A stretch of DNA of 64,000 nucleotides, taken from NCBI RefSeq assembly GCF_037042905.1, contig NC_087254.1, positions 24,738,001 through 24,802,000 of the forward strand, written 5' to 3'. The notes beneath the pieces were generated by a model. The model had not been told where the DNA came from. It did not search any database and worked only from the letters and a program-made list of their open reading frames with translations. The translations under genes and the position numbers were made by a program. The stretch comes from Lytechinus pictus (lineage: Eukaryota). Below, piece by piece: positions 11,427 through 24,100 of this stretch (the first letter of the stretch is position 1; the number at the start of each line of letters is the position of its first letter).

Positions 11427-12931
11427 CAGGGTGACCAGATTTCAAAAAATGAAATACGGGACAATCGACAAAGCACGATGCACGAGCGGATCGACCGATC
11501 CAGGTCTTAATTTAAAAAAAAAGAAATCAACAAAGAAGGCTAAAGACAAAGTAGATCTCTACACAATGTTAGACTTGGAAAAAAAAAATAAAGTAAGGGA
11601 GGGTGAACGAAAGAATGAAGGAGAGAAAGAAAAGAGGAAAGAAAAAGAGATGAATGAAGTAAAAAATAAAAGAAGGATAAATAACAAATAGAGAAAAAAA
11701 GAAAGAAAAAAACGTTTCCGTTATTCTCTGAAATGAATAAATAAAAAAAAGTAAGGGAAGATGAATGAATGTCAAAAGAAAAAATAAAGGAGAGAAAGGA
11801 AAACAAAGTTAAAAAAATGGAGGAAGAATCAAAGAATGAAGGAAAGAAAATGTTTCCTAGTCATTCTTTGAAAGAAAGAAAAAAAACGGAGGAAGGAAGG
11901 GAAAGAAAGAATAAAGGAAAATAATCAGAAGGAAAACAAGAAAAAGAATTAAAGAGAGGGAGGAGAGAATGAAAAAAGACAGAAAATAATGGAAGGAGAG
12001 AAAGAACGAAAAGGAGAGGAAGGGAGAAGGAAGCAAAGAAAAGAAAGAATAAATTCAAGAAAGGGAAAAATGAATAGAGAGAGAAGGATCAGGAAATAAA
12101 GCTAGGAAAGATTGGAAATAAAGATCGATGGAACAAAAAAGGCAAGCAGGAATGATTAGAAGGATAGAAAAAGGAAAAAAGTTCAAACTTCAACTTCAAG
12201 CAAACAAAATATATCTAATCATCTAACAAAAGTCTTAACATGATATTTGGGTTTTTCTTGATTGTTTAGATGTTTTAGAAATGAATAGAATTTCAAAGTG
12301 AAACATTGTCAAACTTAAAAATAAGATGAAACCTCGCGGCATCACATTCACAGCTACACAGGCATCTCTCATCCCAAGTTCGCTTTGGTCACAATTATAG
12401 ACTCAATAAACGAAAGCTGAAACTACTAGATCTAGTTATGAAATGTCAATAACTTGCTCCTCCGATTACATCCCCAAATCAGTAATCTGAGAATCCATAA
12501 TATAATCATTAAAAAAATTCCCGCCGATTTTGTGATTTTGGTGGGAAAACTAGCTGTTTATCATATGAGATTGTTTGCTCCATTAAGAATCTGCTCCGAT
12601 CCCATATACTTTACATGCCTAGCTAGTAGCCTGCCACACACAGGCAGGAAGCCATGCAGTGCACGTAACTAGACTATTCATTTGCAATGTACTTTGGGGC
12701 CTATTGTTTAGCAAGAAAATCACCGCAGAACTTGCAAAAGTTTACAGTTATCGATTCTATTGTTGTCTCTGCTTCGTCATCTGTTGGTTATTTGACAAAA
12801 ATTCTACACTTTTCTGTGTATCAACTATATTTTGTTCAATATTCTGAAATACGGGACAAATAGGCGTCCCGGGAAGGGTTTGTCGGGACGCCGAGACAAA
12901 GAAGCAAAATACGGGACGTCCGGTCACCCTG
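11427..12931 (+). mobile_element. Non-autonomous hAT (Blackjack-like) element, 1505 bp, 8-bp TSD
   Basis: TIR CAGGGTGACC/GGTCACCCTG, subterminal AAATACGGGAC repeats, perfect TSD GTCTTCAT at 11419-11426 and 12932-12939. Confidence 0.9.
11510..12180. repeat. Purine-rich (GA/AAG) low-complexity tract inside the hAT element
   Basis: Almost only A/G on the + strand; explains the spurious K/E-rich and F/L/S-rich ORFs. Confidence 0.85.
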
Positions 12932-12948
12932 GTCTTCATTGTCACCTG

Positions 12949-13371
12949 TAGATCAAAAGCTTCGGTCTCTGTTATGTTGGTTGTTCCGCTGAACTCCGTT
13001 GGCTCCACTCACCAAATACAGAGACCGAAGTTGTAGCTTGATCTGTACAGGGACTCAATGGCCATAGGCCCATATGTTTATGTATGAAGTTCGGATCAAC
13101 CAGGGAAGTGGGAGTTGCACGACAACCGAAGTAAGTCACTGTTTTTCCCCCTTTTAGTTTATTATTTCCCGTTTTGGTGCATTTCAGGCCAAAACGGAAT
13201 AATAATCTTTATTTTGGTACAGTTCTTTTTATATATTTTTATGAAATAAAGACAAAAATCAATGAGCCCCGTTAGGGGGATTTTGCATTGTTAACCCCCT
13301 AATGGTGGCTGCACGATAGCGAGCCGTCTGTGTTAAAAAACTCCTCGAAACAGACGGCTGCCAGCTGTCTA
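12949..13371 (+). mobile_element. TAGA...TCTA element with 9-bp TSD and a hairpin at each end (AcademH- or Mutator-like), copy 1
   Basis: Flanks TGTCACCTG/AGTCACCTG; colinear, highly similar copy at 49388-50260. Confidence 0.8.
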
Positions 13372-14096
13372 AGTCACCTGAACCTTATAGTTTTATTTCT
13401 GATTGACGGCTTTTCATAAATTAAGGTCATGTGTTTTCATTGTTTTAATAAATGGAGATCAAATAATGTTTTATTTATTACTGATTGTAATTTGTAGAAT
13501 TGATGTATGGAGCTTACTCTGTGACTGTGAGGTAAAAAGAAAAAAACTTTAAAGATTCACAAACATAACCGATAACTGGATCAAATCGAATTTTTCATTA
13601 TTTCCCTGATCTAGACCACAGTGAATGAAAGAGACCTATGTCCGGCAAACAAATTGAAGTAACTAACAATTACTAAGTAATTTCAACATTTTATTAGTGA
13701 AATATTCTGAATTTTTATAGAATACTTATTTCTAGTAATGATTTTTGCGAATTGTGCTTTAGAAATTTGTCGAGGTAAAAATATAGGTTTGAATGGAGTA
13801 AACAAAATCAACATGTCTGATTGTATGAGACTAAAAAGGAAAATATGAGAGGCTGCATGTGAAAAATCGAATTTATTTTATTTGTCAGATACAAATGCAA
13901 GAAATACAAATGTGAGTGTTTAGAGTATAAACATACCTTTGCATGAAAAGTAACCAAAGACAAGCAAAATATGAAAATTGCTACAAACATGTCAAGTGGA
14001 TAAAGTACCGGTAGCGCTTTGCAATAATAAAACATAGGAAAATGTGTGAAATCAAAATCGGCAATGGAAAAAAAAAACTATTTACAGAAACTTTGT

Positions 14097-14187
14097 TTTT
14101 CGCCAAGGCTACATCACGCTTATTGAGATATGCATGATGGGCTACATCACGCATATTGAGATATGCGTGATGTAGCTTTGGCGAAAA
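14097..14187. repeat. Foldback palindrome with internal tandem duplication
   Basis: TTTTCGCCAAGGCTACATCACGC...GCGTGATGTAGCTTTGGCGAAAA; the unit GGCTACATCACGCwTATTGAGATATGC occurs twice. Confidence 0.75.
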
Positions 14188-14557
14188 TCAAAGAAAACAA
14201 GATGGTGACATACATGTAAACATCGTGGCAAGGTTTCCCTGTCTTTTCATATTATTTTTCTTGGTTTTTTTTAATGAATTCTTGTTTAAAAATGAAATCA
14301 ATATCGCAGAAATGTTGGAAATGAAGTTGTATCCCAGGCATTTACATGATTTAGGGCTAGATCTTTTAGAAGGAAAGTAGAAATCTTGGGGGCGAATGGG
14401 ACGCAATCCCTGGCTCCATGGAGAGTAAGCATACATTAGTAAATGATTTTTACTCTCTAGGAGCCTCCAGGCTGAGTCCTGGCTAAGCTAATGCTAGGAC
14501 AAGGTGCACTGCCACTGGCCACTTTCTCGCAAACTTATTGTTAATTAAACTTAAAAC

Positions 14558-14790
14558 CAGGGCTCGACATTAGCAGTGGACCGGGGCAACCAAAAATGAG
14601 AGTCGGGCCACCAAAATGTAAAAGCCTGCAATTGGTGGCCCAGGCAGGCTACCAAAGTTTTGATAAATTGTAATGTTTTCTATTGTTTTAGGGCCACCAA
14701 ATTTGCTTTTCGAACCACCAAGAATATGAAATTAATGATTTTGGTGGACCGATCTGGCCACCAAGAAAAAAAGTTAGTGTGGAGCCATTT
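14558..14790. mobile_element. hAT-like MITE, degenerate
   Basis: CAGGGCTCGACATTA left end versus TAGTGTGGAGCCA right end; repeated GGCCACCAA subterminal motifs. Confidence 0.5.
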
Positions 14791-15193
14791 AAAACTACAT
14801 TGTAACTTAACGTTAGAAGATAGATCTGTGTGCATTGACATTGTTGTAGACTATTGTAGATCTTTTGATTTTTTTTTTCAGAATCTCAGACTAGGGCCTA
14901 ACTGTGAAAACAGAAAAGATCTACATGTAGTAGACCCTATCTAACGTTAGAATCTACTGTCAAAATTTGTAAAATATGCAAAAAAAAGTAGATCTAACTT
15001 TTAACGTGACATAGTCTATATATAGATAGACTACAATTCAAATAGTCTACATGTAGATCTACCTAAACTGTCTGCCATGTCAGGCAAATATTAATCCTAT
15101 CTAGGTGTAGATTAATATCTGGTTAGATTTTTTTCTACTTGATCATTAACAGATTGACAGAACTCTGCTTGAGGTACATGTACCACCAGATCC

Positions 15194-18100
15194 ATGGCAC
15201 AGGAACATGAAGATAATGTAACCAGTCTTGAGAATGCCTCCTTTGCACGACTTGCAGCCGAAAAGGAGCAGGAATGGCGCCATCTTCAGGCCATGCATGC
15301 CCAAAGTCTTGAAGATTGTTTAAGAGAAAAGGACAAGACCTTGAAAGAGCACAAAGAGAAGTTTCAAATGCTCAAAGAAGATTTCAAATTCAATCTGAAA
15401 CTCCTTGCAGAGAGGGATCAGGAATTAGATCAGTAAGAACTTAAATATCTTTCTTTCTTTCTGTATGAAATTTTAAATCATAATCTCCATGTAATTTAAT
15501 TTATTTTTCTTTTTTCATATGCTACAGGGCATAATATTTGTGATATCGCATTGCAATAAACTAGGCAACATGTCTTTTATGGAGCAGATTTTTAAATGTG
15601 TCTAGACTCTGAACAAACATTAAAACGGTTTATAAGTTTGAGAAATGAAATCATGACTTGATGCTTTGACCTTTATGCATTGCCTAATTGCATTCCATTG
15701 TACTCAGTAGATGACTAAAACAAAAAGAAACATGTGCTTTGAATCCTGAGAAATATCAAACAGTGCTGTAGTTGATAAAGATGGTGCATTTGTAGCTTGA
15801 TGTTTCCAAATCCATTTTGTGTCAGATACCGGTGTTAATAGTATATTTTGGGAGAATGGGACTATTGGTAACTACTGGTAATATTTTTTTCTTTAACGTT
15901 TGTTGAAAAGTAAAAATCATTAGCATGGAAATTAATGGGTCAGCATTTGCTACAATCTATAGCCTCGAATCCTTCATTCTAAAGAGTAGCTAGAGATACA
16001 CATGACTTCAATCAGAACATATTCAGATTTAAGTTTATTTAGATTGCTGTGATACTAGCAATTGTTGTTTGATATGATCCTAATTTTGAAGGCTTGAAGT
16101 AATGCAAGAGCAGCTAAGAGCCAGGCTGCAATCCAGAGAGGCCGCAGTCAGTGAGTTGAAGATTCAAATCGATGAGCTAAAGACAAGAAGGAGTCAGGAC
16201 GAAAGGGCAATGGAGGATCTTCAAAGACACTATCAACAGAGGATTAGGGAAAAACAGGCTGAGGTGGAACAATACAAGATGTTAGTATCAAAGGGAAATA
16301 AACTCTTAATTCAATCTACAGTATTAAGTAAATGATGATTTTTCAATTACAGATATCTTGAAAATGTCTGCACATATTTTATTTTTTCTCTTCCACATAT
16401 TGAACAATATCAAGTTAAAACATGAATCAAAGTTTAGTATTTTCTAAAAGATCTATCAATGTCAGCCTATGCCTTTAATTGAATGCCTTCATGTTTCCAA
16501 ATGCAACCTACAACATGGAACAAGCTATCAAGTGATATGATGTTATTTATGCTCAGTTGTAAAGACGCTGAACTGCAGACAGAGCGGGATGAGGTGGAGG
16601 CACTGAGGCGTGATATGAAGCGGAGGATCAGTGAGGTCGAAGAAGAGCTTGATATTCAGCGCAGGGAGATGTCAGCTGGCTTTGATGATGCTTCCAGGAA
16701 GAGAGAGAAGGAATATCGGACCAAGATCGATGAGCTCAGCTCAACAGTGCTATCACATGAAATGAAGGTAAGAGGGTAATATTATCGCATGGCTGATGAA
16801 GGCTATCAAAGGTTAAGTCCACGTGAATAAGTTCATGTTAGCCTTTTGAAGGGAGGATGATCTTAATAGATGGTAAGGGTCACAATATCAAGGGTTTATG
16901 TTCCCAGGTCATATTCATGAAAATATTTCTTTCGTATTAATTATTATAACAGAAGAAACTTTCAAGGATCAATTTCAAACTTGAGGTATGCGTATGTGAG
17001 TGAGAATGATCTGATTACATTTTGGAGACAGAAGGTCAAAGGACAGAAAGGTCATTATTTCAAAATGTTATAATTTGAGTGCATAATACATTCATGATCA
17101 GGCAATGACAGTGGCAATAATGTTGACTGTGCAGTCAAGAATCAATCTATTTTGAAAATTGTAAAAGTTAGGTATGTAATACATGTGTATTCTCTGCCAA
17201 TCGCAAGGGCAAATAATTTTGAAAGGTGCTTTCAAGAATATATCTAGTTTTTCAGTTGCACAATGTTTTTTGTTTTGTCTTCAGGCCAAACTATTGAGCA
17301 AGGAATTGGAGCTGGTGAGAGGGGCGAGTCAACAGACCTCTACAGAACTCAAGAACAGTGATACCAAGATGGATGACCTGAAAAAGAAACTCAAACAGAC
17401 AGAATGGGAGCTGAGTGACCTCAGAGGTATCAAGGATGCGAGGTAAATTATTTTTTAAACAATTTTGAAGAGCATCAAAGTGTAGAGACATTTATTTATA
17501 AATTATGGCTTGCACCCAGTAATTTAGATTGCCTGTGCGGCCTGATAATCTTGGAACCTGTCATTCACTCCCTACCGAGCAGAGCCTCTACCATCAGGTC
17601 CTTTACAGCTCCACTTTAGAGTCACAAAGAAAATACATCGGCAACTCTGATTTTATTTGATACATAAGGAATGCATATAAAGTTTGATTGATTTGGGTTT
17701 TTTAATATGAAATAGAAATTGCAGCTGAATATGAAAGGACCGTATTAGAAGTAACTTTACTCTAAAATGGTTCCTACCAACTACCACCCAGTGGTTGTTT
17801 CATAAAGCTGTTTGTAAAGTTACACACAACTTTACGCAGGACTGGAACAGGATCTTAGGTGCTAAGTCAGCTACATGAGGATATATTGTGTGGCACAGAA
17901 AGGGTCACCAGTCGTGCCTAAATTCTTGCGTAATTTTACAAACAGCTTTATGAAACTGCCCCCAGGAATCATTCTTTAAATGTATCAAGCACTAAAAACA
18001 GGTATCAGAAGTAAATGTGGGGGATATGCCTTTGAATGACTAAAGAGTTGCAGTTTCATACAATGTGGTGTACACTATTCAAAAACTATTTATAATTGGT

Positions 18101-21100
18101 TGTAATATGACAAAACGTTACTTATGATTGCTATGTTGCTTTTTTCAACTTGTCACAAACACTGCCTAGCTTCTTTTGCCAGGCCCAATTTTACAAATTA
18201 TGTTATCAGTTATTAGTTGAGGTTAGCATTATTTCTATTTAATGTTTCTTTCATTGTACTTTGATTGAAGATGTGCAGTTTTGATGTAATGTTTACTGAA
18301 TTGTGAAAAATAAAAATGAATTGAATTGATAATGCTTCCCAGTCAATTCAAGTCAAGGATTTTACTTCAATTAACAATAAATGTATCATTCCCTTTTTGA
18401 GTTTTTTTTTTTCTTGGTGGGTGTGTTTGTTTGGAATTTTCTCATCATGTGGTGAAAAAACTTCATATATACTCCTCACAAACTCTAAACTCTACTGAAA
18501 AATCAGTTTAAAATCTATTTACAGAATTACTGAGCTTGAGTCACAATTGCTTTATGCAAAGCAAGCAGTTGAGAGGGCCGAGGAGGAATTCAACAGAAAG
18601 TAAGTCAACAATTCATCATCATCATCATCATAATGATAACATGATAATGATAATAATAATAACAATGATAATAATGATNNNNNNNNNNNNNNNNNNNNNN
18701 NNNNNNNNNNNNNNNNNNNNNNNNNNNNNNNNNNNNNNNNNNNNNNNNNNNNNNNNNNNNNNNNNNNNNNNNNNNNNNNNNNNNNNNNNNNNNNNNNNNN
18801 NNNNNNNNNNNNNNNNNNNNNNNNNNNNNNNNNNNNNNNNNNNNNNNNNNNNNNNNNNNNNNNNNNNNNNNNNNNNNNNNNNNNNNNNNNTATTGATAAT
18901 ATAAATGATATTTCTTTAGTATTTATTCCATTAAACATACAAGATTCAAATTCAAGATTCATATGATGGGTCCATGAATGCAGGCATACAAAGAAATTTA
19001 GAAAATACAATAGAAAAGGACACTTTCTGCCTGATACCCCTTCAAATTCAGAATTATTAGTAAAATGTCTGTGCCCTGTTGATCCCCACCCCACCCCCCC
19101 CCCCATTCTTTACTTTGTATTTAATGTGGATTCAGGTTTCTTCTTCAGACTTGATTTTAAATGTTTTGTGGAATTCAGATTTTTAATATCTGATGGGGAG
19201 ATTGTTCCAATATCTACTTGTGTTTGGCCCGAAGCTTTTCAAATAAGCTTTCATTTTACAATGTACTGGTACTTAACAATTTGCATTATCTCTCACTTAA
19301 TTTATCAACTCATATTCTTTCCATTTCCTAGTTTTTTTTCCCGAAGTATACGTGTATGATTTCAATGTCAATAGCAACATTAAACTCTGGTGAACTTTCC
19401 CACCTAATATAAACCACTAAAATATCTTTATGCAAAATATTACTGCTGTGGTAACCAAACTTCGTATTTCAAAAAATTTTAAAAAGAGAGTGAAAAATCA
19501 TAGCTGAATTAACGCTGTGTCCAGTTAGTTTTCCCTGGGATGTAGTGTAGGGGTGTATTCATTTTTAGATAGAGAATTAGGAGATGGAGAGAATATCGTT
19601 TGATCGTTCTGGTCATTTTCTCATTGAAACATAAAAGTGACTTTTATTGATATGTTATTTTATCCCCTCCATGTCAGACATAAGGAGCTGGACAGATATG
19701 CCAGGGAGAAGGAGACTGCCATGCTTGGGTTGAAGGAGGCCCAGATGGAGACAGAGAGAAAGCTCCAAGAGGAGATCAGGAGGCTAGAAGGAGCCCTAGA
19801 GGACAAAGAGGTGGAGATGAGGAGAGAGACATGGGAGCATCAGGATGCACTGAAAGATAAAGAGATGCTTATTGAAAAGTGAGTTAGAAATAATGTTTGA
19901 GGTGGCTAAATGTGCTCAACCTAACCTGTATTTGATCACCTAAATACTTTCATTCCAACATCTAGGGATGTTGTCAAGACCGGTACTTCTGAGTCAGCGA
20001 GGCCATTGGAGATTTGCTTTTCCCCCAAGGGCAAGGCCAAGGCCGACAAAATGAGACCTCGAGGTTGGCCTAGCCTACGTCCTCGCCAAGAGCTTTCTGC
20101 TCACATTCATGATATCATCATATTCAACCATGGTAACACATTAACCAGCAAAGTTAGCAATTTTGACAGAAAAAAAATATATCTTGCATATCAATTTAAC
20201 ATGCATTTTACAAGTACTGGCTATCATGGCAGGATTCCTTTGTTTATACATGTATAAAAGCTTTGTTTAATTCAAGCATTTCGGTATTCATCAATTTGAC
20301 CGTTTCTCCCATGAATATGAAGTGAGGTGATTTTTTTTTTATATGGAAGTGCCCAATTGTAGATGATATTAATTGATATTGTCATCAGCATTGTTTGAGG
20401 TATTTAAGGTCAAGTAAGTAGGTTAAATGTTGAATAGCAACAAAATACATACACAATTAATAAATTCACATATTGAATGTGCACAAGGGGAAAGGATTCA
20501 TTATTACAGATAACTTTTTTTGTAATTTTGCAGACATCAACAAGAGTCCAGAGAGCTAAGAAACCAGCTTGATGGCCAGGTATCCAAAGTATCTAAGGAC
20601 TTGGTATCAAAAGACCTTGTGATTGAGTCACTGCGAGACCGGGAGGGAAAACTCAGAGCTGAATTAGAATGCCGCAAACAAGACATTGAAAGGTACCTTT
20701 TATGCAGTATATTTGCATACAAACAAAAACATTCAAGCAAGAATATTCAGAAATCCTGCTCAGTACTATTATTTCCATAGCTCTATTTGGTTGATAGAAG
20801 GTTTGGAAATGTAGTATCATGTGTATGTTTTGATGTGAAGATCTAGATAGAGAAATGTAAGCCTTAATGTGGTTGATATTCGTAGTCTTTGGTGAAACTT
20901 TTTTTATGCTCACCTCTATTTTAGTGGTCCACCAGTCTTCACCAAAGAAATCACGTATGGTTACTGGTAAAAAAAAAACCTGTAATAGCTCCGCCCTAAC
21001 TGCATACGTGAAGGCATTTGAAAAGTAGTTCTTTGCAGAGAAAAAGTTTTTGGATGATACTCTTCCTAAATTATATAATTCTGATAATTTGATAGCTTGC

Positions 21101-24100
21101 AATAGTTATTTCGATATCTCCACCAACTATACTATCTCTTCAAGATACCAGAAGGAGCTTGTCGTTGCTGCAGAGAAGGAGCAAAACATGGAGCGTACAA
21201 AGGCACAGCTGGAGCTGGATTGGCAAAGGAGATATGAAGATGCAGAGAGGAACCAGTATGCTAAATCTGAGGATCTGATTGATAAGCTTACAAAGTCTAG
21301 AGATCAAGTGAGCATAGTATTTTATTTTTTTTATTTATTTTTTTGCAAGGGGGGTGTCTTCTTACAAGGGCACTCTTAGATATTCATATTTTTTTTGTGT
21401 CATAAAGATGGAAGGATTCCTGCATATTTTTGAATTTGTAATTTGAAAGTGATACCTATCTTTAAAAAAAATAATAACTCACATCATTATAAGGGATGGG
21501 GAGGAGATGGCAGTCAATACGCAACTCCACCCCCCCCCCTTTCTCTCTCTTTTTCTCTCTTTTGCTCTCTGTCTCTTTTTCTTTTGCTCATTATGTTGCT
21601 CTCCAACTTGGATATGGAGACTATGGTGCATCTAATATTACGTCCATACCTTTCTTCTCCTGACTTTATACTCTGCAGGCTGTTGCATTGACCAAGGAAC
21701 TAGAAAGGGAGTTGCAGCAAAGAGATGACTTGAACAGAGTCTTAGCACGAGACCGGGACCAAGCTGTAGCTACGTTAAGAAAACACAAGCTACAGATCGA
21801 CAGGGATATGATTCCTGTGAGTTCCAGTAAAAATTCCACCATCTCTATCTCTTTAATACCCAAATATATTTCTAGCACATGTTTTATATGGGCGTTTCTG
21901 GGAATAAGCCTGTTCACGGTTGTAAACTGCGCACGAGCAGAAGAAGGTCATTGGAGACAACCATGAAGGTGGCTTTCAAATTCACTGACATAGGCATTTG
22001 TGATTTGATGATTATTCATGTATTCCTTTCAAAATATTTATCACATCCAAGCTGAAGAGTAATAAATAGAGCCTTCATAATCACTGGTATTTGACAGTAG
22101 CCTAAACAATAGTCAAATGTGCCAAAGGCAGACAATAAAACAGATTTCCAAACTTTATCCCTGATGTACTATTCTAGTCACCTGGTCTATACAATGCCTT
22201 TTGTTCTTAGAATTTGAATACTCTACCAGTAAAGCTTACGCAACATCAACATTTGAAAATGATAGTGCTTATCCTAATGAAAAATCACAAAGGTCATTAG
22301 AGAAAAGTTGATCATGAGCTAACCGTGAACTGGCTTATTGTTTTCATGGTATCATATTGCAGTTTGTATATAATCATTAGCAAATTAGTCAGCTCATGCT
22401 CAAGAATGCACCTTGCTGCTTATTCATCATTGCGATCATGCTTTGAACATAGTAGCACTTGAGCATGACTGATTTGTTTAATTAATTCGATGTTAAACAT
22501 CCCCCGTGATATTTACTTCCCAAGTGAATATAAATTGAATACATGTTTGTTACACAAAAATGTCATTTAGAGTCGAGATACTGGAATGGAGAATGCTCAG
22601 TTGGAATCCAGCCAGGTTGAAGAGCTTCAGGCCCAGAATGAATCTCTCATTGCAGTCATCAAGGATATGAAGAGAGAGATGGAAGAGATGGAAAGACAGA
22701 TTGACAGAAGGTACAAAGATGGAATAAACATCAGAAAGAGGGTAGATGAGCCCATGAGAGGGGAGGACATGAAGAATGAACAAGTCCCCTTTACTGAAGG
22801 TAGAATGTTCTCTGAGTTCAACGTCTTGATTGATTTATTCTTATTAAATGGATTATATTTTAATAGAGGGGAGAAGTCAAGACATGAGCTATGAGCTTCC
22901 CTAACTGAAGGTACATGTAGAAAGTTCACTTGAACTCTGACCCATCTATTTAGATTATTCTTGTTTATCAATAAATCATTTGGTAAAAAAATATTACACT
23001 CTTTCTTATAGCAGTTCAAAGTTCCTGGTGCATTTTATTTTTTTGGATATTCTGCTCAATTATATGTGTACCAATACACCACTACATCATGGACTTTGTC
23101 ACTTAGTTTATCTTTAATCAATACTTTCATTCCCCCCCCCCCCCTTATCATGAGATAGAGTGTTATTATCTACCTAGAAATGTATGTATGCTTGAGTTTC
23201 TCTTTATGTAAAGTAGGTTATTGTCAGATCGATAAAAAGTAAATTTCTATTTTAAAGGAGGAAGTTATTCATAGGGTTGTAATTGATTAGCAATAAAAAA
23301 TAAACTTATAGGAAATGGGCTGTCTTCCTTTCTACCCAGAATATGTCAAGTCCATTGAGAAAGAGTGCAGAGAACTTAAGGTTGAAAAGAGGAGATTGGA
23401 GGAAAGACTATCCACCCTTGCACATACCATTCAAGATGGAGGGATGTTACCATCTGGTCATCTAGGAGGGATTCATATTGATCTTGCTGAAAATGATGCA
23501 ATCAAAAGCCATATCCAGTCCCTAAATGATACTATTGGTGAGATTTAAATGTATTTTTACATTTGCATTTGTCTTTGGTGATCCTGAGCTCATGTCCGTA
23601 TCTTTCCACCATGGTGTATTTGGCTAACAAGGAAAAATAAAGAAATAGTTTACCTAGCAAGAAAGCGCAGGGAAAATATGGATTTATCAGTAGAGCAAGC
23701 TGTAGAAGTATAAGTAGCTGTTAAATCCTACATGTAGCTGTGTATATCCTAGGAAAACTGTAATTTTTAAGAGAGCTGAGGCTTGTAATCACTTGGAATG
23801 GAAGAGAAACTCCATGGCTAATGTATGATGTTAGCTCACTGTTATCGACCAATCTCTCATAATGAGCACGAAGGAGTGATGTCCCATGAGGGCATGAGCG
23901 TTGTGAAATGCTTGAATTATATTTGTTTACAGGAATGATAGTATAATTAATGCCAATAACTGAATTCCATCAAAACTAGATGTGATCTTTATTTGTTCTA
24001 TCTGTAAAAGGTGCCCTGCGAGCAGATAAGGTCACAACGTCGGCTGAGTTGAGGAAATATCAGGCTCGACTGAGTCATTTAGAAACTGAATTGAGCCAGA

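Noticed and set aside
11338-12058. K/E-rich and F/L/S-rich ORFs
   Set aside because: Translations of a purine-rich low-complexity tract inside a hAT element.
12757-13008. Repeated peptide MEPTEFSGTTNITETEAF (also 49202-49447), suggesting a duplicated small gene
   Set aside because: It is the reverse translation of the terminal hairpin of a transposon; the similarity stops at the element boundary.
18536-19106. 122-aa and 184-aa ORFs
   Set aside because: They run through the N gap and a microsatellite; artefacts.
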